Source: an uncultured Lactobacillaceae bacterium (GTDB lineage: Bacteria; Bacillota; Bacilli; Lactobacillales; Lactobacillaceae). From it: a stretch of 61,720 nucleotides of DNA. Positions 59,907 through 61,720 of the stretch are shown piece after piece. The DNA is taken from assembly GCA_963926925.1 (NCBI GenBank), contig CAWUZD010000030.1, positions 1-61,720 of the forward strand, read 5' to 3'. How positions within the stretch are numbered: position 1 is the stretch's first letter; every line of letters starts with the position of its first letter. Both the position numbers and the translations under genes were made by a program. The notes below the pieces were generated by a model. That model had not been told where the DNA came from. It made no database searches and saw only the letters and a program-made list of their open reading frames with translations.

Positions 59907-61720
59907 TTATTTCAAAATATCTTCCCGATCAGCGATTTCTTGTAAGATATTTTGCATAGCTTCTTTGATACGTGGTGCCCAGTAATCAAAGTTATCTTCA
60001 TCCCATGCATATGGACTCATGCATGATGCACGCATGATAACTAATTGCTTTTCTTGGTTCCATTCATCACCATTAATGCCTAATGACTTAATGAATTTCA
60101 CTGGGCTATCACCATAGATGTCCTTTGCAAAGACAGTATGTGAAGTTACAAAGTCTAAGTTATACAAATTACCACCTTTAGATGATGATGTGTATTCAAA
60201 GAATGCCCGTGTTAACTTGTTCATATCAGCTAAGCTGTTGTTACCAACTTCTTGATATGTCCAGTTAATCATATTAAAGTCTGGATCAGTTAAAACATGT
60301 GCTTGAATTTCTTTGCCGTTTACTTTGAATGTTAAACCATCTAATAATTTAACCATCCGAACAGCAGCTTCTGATGTATGAGCAATCAAACGTCCATAAC
60401 CTTTAACATTTAATGGTAATGTACGGTGTGCAGCCCAAACAGCAGCAGCAGAAGCAGCAGGCTTTGAACCTTCCAAAGTAAATAAACCGATTGAAGCTGG
60501 AACTTTAATACCTTTTTCAAATGCATATGGTGCATCATAAGTTAACATATTCTTCATACGTGTATCCTTAATAGCAATACCACCAGCATCATATGGAATG
60601 TAACCCATCTTATGAGGATCAACTGTAATGGAATCGGCATCAGCAAATGCTTTGTATGCATCATAAACATTACGTTTCATTAATGGATTATCTTCAGTAA
60701 AGATATTATTTTCTTTATAGGCTTCTTCTAAGTCTTCATATGGAATGAAGTTGCTATCTTCATCAAGATATGCTGTTCTACCATAGCCACCGTAAGCAGC
60801 ATCAATATGTAGATAGAAGTTAATACCTTCCTTAGCTAACTTATCACGTAAAGCGACAACATCAGCAACATTATCAACAGCACCTTCTTCTGTTGAACCT
60901 ACAACAGAAACTACACCTAAGATAGGAATTTGTTGATCTACAAATCCGCGGATAAGTTTTTCTAATTCCTTAACATTAGTTCTGAAGTGATCATCAACTG
61001 GAATAGGTACTAAGTTATCTTCACCAACACCTAAGATGTCAGCAGATTTTGGCCATGAATAGTGCATAGTAGCTGGAACTAACCATTTACCAAGTTTTTG
61101 AATATTCTTACCACTCTTAGCACTATGAACTTTAACTTCATTCTTCTTGTCGCCTGTTTTATCAAGTAAATCAAGAATATCTTTAGTACTCATGTTGAGT
61201 AATTCCCATTCTGATTTGCCTTCAACTAATTCAGGACATACTTCCTTAACTGCTAATGGAATAGACTTCAAGTTACGTGCATACCAAAGTCCTTCAATAT
61301 TAGCAATGGTACCATCGGCAGCAATATGGCCCCAGCCTTTGTCACCGTAGCCCATCATCTTAGAAAAGTCTTCGCCAACTTCTTGTTCTAATAAAGTTGC
61401 AGCTGGAGCGCCTTCCCAAGCAACATTATTACCATTCCATAACAATGCAAAATCATATGCTAAGATAGCTGGCATTAATGTTTCGTTATTCATATGTCCC
61501 CAGTAACGACCAGCACTAGTCCAAGGAATTGAACCGCTACGTAACTTCCGAGATAAATCATGAAGAACATTCTTCATATTTATTTCAGCATCAACAAAGT
61601 TTTTAGATTTCTTTTCATCTTCGGTAATCATTTCCTTATCATCAGTAACAAAGTTCTTACGCCACCCAAGATGATCATCAATCAAACCTGTCAAAATATC
61701 TTTGAACATGCTACCGTTTT
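59907..61720 (-). CDS. tdc: Pyridoxal-phosphate-dependent tyrosine decarboxylase, with the N-terminus cut by the window end
   Basis: At least 600 aa. It matches remembered Enterococcus and Levilactobacillus TDC closely (DDHLGWRKNF, SIPWTSAGRYWGHMNNETLMPAILAYDFALLWNGNNVA, GWGHIAADGTIANIEGLWYARN) and has the PLP-lysine motif VDPHKMGY. The frame stays open upstream of ATG 61709 (..NGS-M), so the true start is probably beyond position 61720. Confidence 0.85.
   Translation of the reverse strand, partial: NGSMFKDILTGLIDDHLGWRKNFVTDDKEMITEDEKKSKNFVDAEINMKNVLHDLSRKLRSGSIPWTSAGRYWGHMNNETLMPAILAYDFALLWNGNNVAWEGAPAATLLEQEVGEDFSKMMGYGDKGWGHIAADGTIANIEGLWYARNLKSIPLAVKEVCPELVEGKSEWELLNMSTKDILDLLDKTGDKKNEVKVHSAKSGKNIQKLGKWLVPATMHYSWPKSADILGVGEDNLVPIPVDDHFRTNVKELEKLIRGFVDQQIPILGVVSVVGSTEEGAVDNVADVVALRDKLAKEGINFYLHIDAAYGGYGRTAYLDEDSNFIPYEDLEEAYKENNIFTEDNPLMKRNVYDAYKAFADADSITVDPHKMGYIPYDAGGIAIKDTRMKNMLTYDAPYAFEKGIKVPASIGLFTLEGSKPAASAAAVWAAHRTLPLNVKGYGRLIAHTSEAAVRMVKLLDGLTFKVNGKEIQAHVLTDPDFNMINWTYQEVGNNSLADMNKLTRAFFEYTSSSKGGNLYNLDFVTSHTVFAKDIYGDSPVKFIKSLGINGDEWNQEKQLVIMRASCMSPYAWDEDNFDYWAPRIKEAMQNILQEIADREDILK

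Overview
This 61.7-kb window is a core chromosomal segment of a low-GC Firmicute, most likely a Lactobacillaceae member judging by AT-rich codon choice and gene content. I count about 57 protein genes, roughly 50 of them on the minus strand, tightly packed with many stop/start overlaps. Gene order follows classical Bacillus/Lactobacillus housekeeping blocks:
- tsaE-pta-ung
- smpB-rnr-secG
- eno-tpi
- uvrBA
- trxB-lgt-hprK
- the phoU-pstBBACS-phoRP phosphate regulon
- prfB-secA-hpf-comFC/FA
- tagO, rny, recA-cinA-pgsA-rodZ-ymfIHF-ftsK
- trmL, rlmA, rpsN, cutC

The accessory-looking parts are:
- a three-gene surface-glycan module (926-4625)
- a plus-strand island holding a YxjI-like gene and a binding-protein-less sugar-type ABC importer (7496-10975)
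- a tyrosine decarboxylase/antiporter (tyramine) module at the right edge, cut by the window end

I recognised no rRNA, tRNA, tmRNA, CRISPR array, IS element or prophage. I did not find a convincing new multi-gene system, and the window reads as ordinary core genome with signs of gene decay.

The most notable observations:
1. The TpiA homolog has the catalytic His95 replaced by Tyr and all three phosphate-gripper motifs altered. It sits in a tpi-eno pair detached from gap-pgk.
2. comFA carries an internal out-of-frame deletion that removes helicase motifs V-VI.
3. cinA lacks its N-terminal domain.
4. The YxjI-like gene appears to start at a non-ATG (ATT) codon.
5. A MinJ-like polytopic PDZ protein abuts phoPR.
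6. prfB has its programmed +1 frameshift, which the ORF track splits.

All family assignments come from motif recognition and remembered alignments, not database searches.
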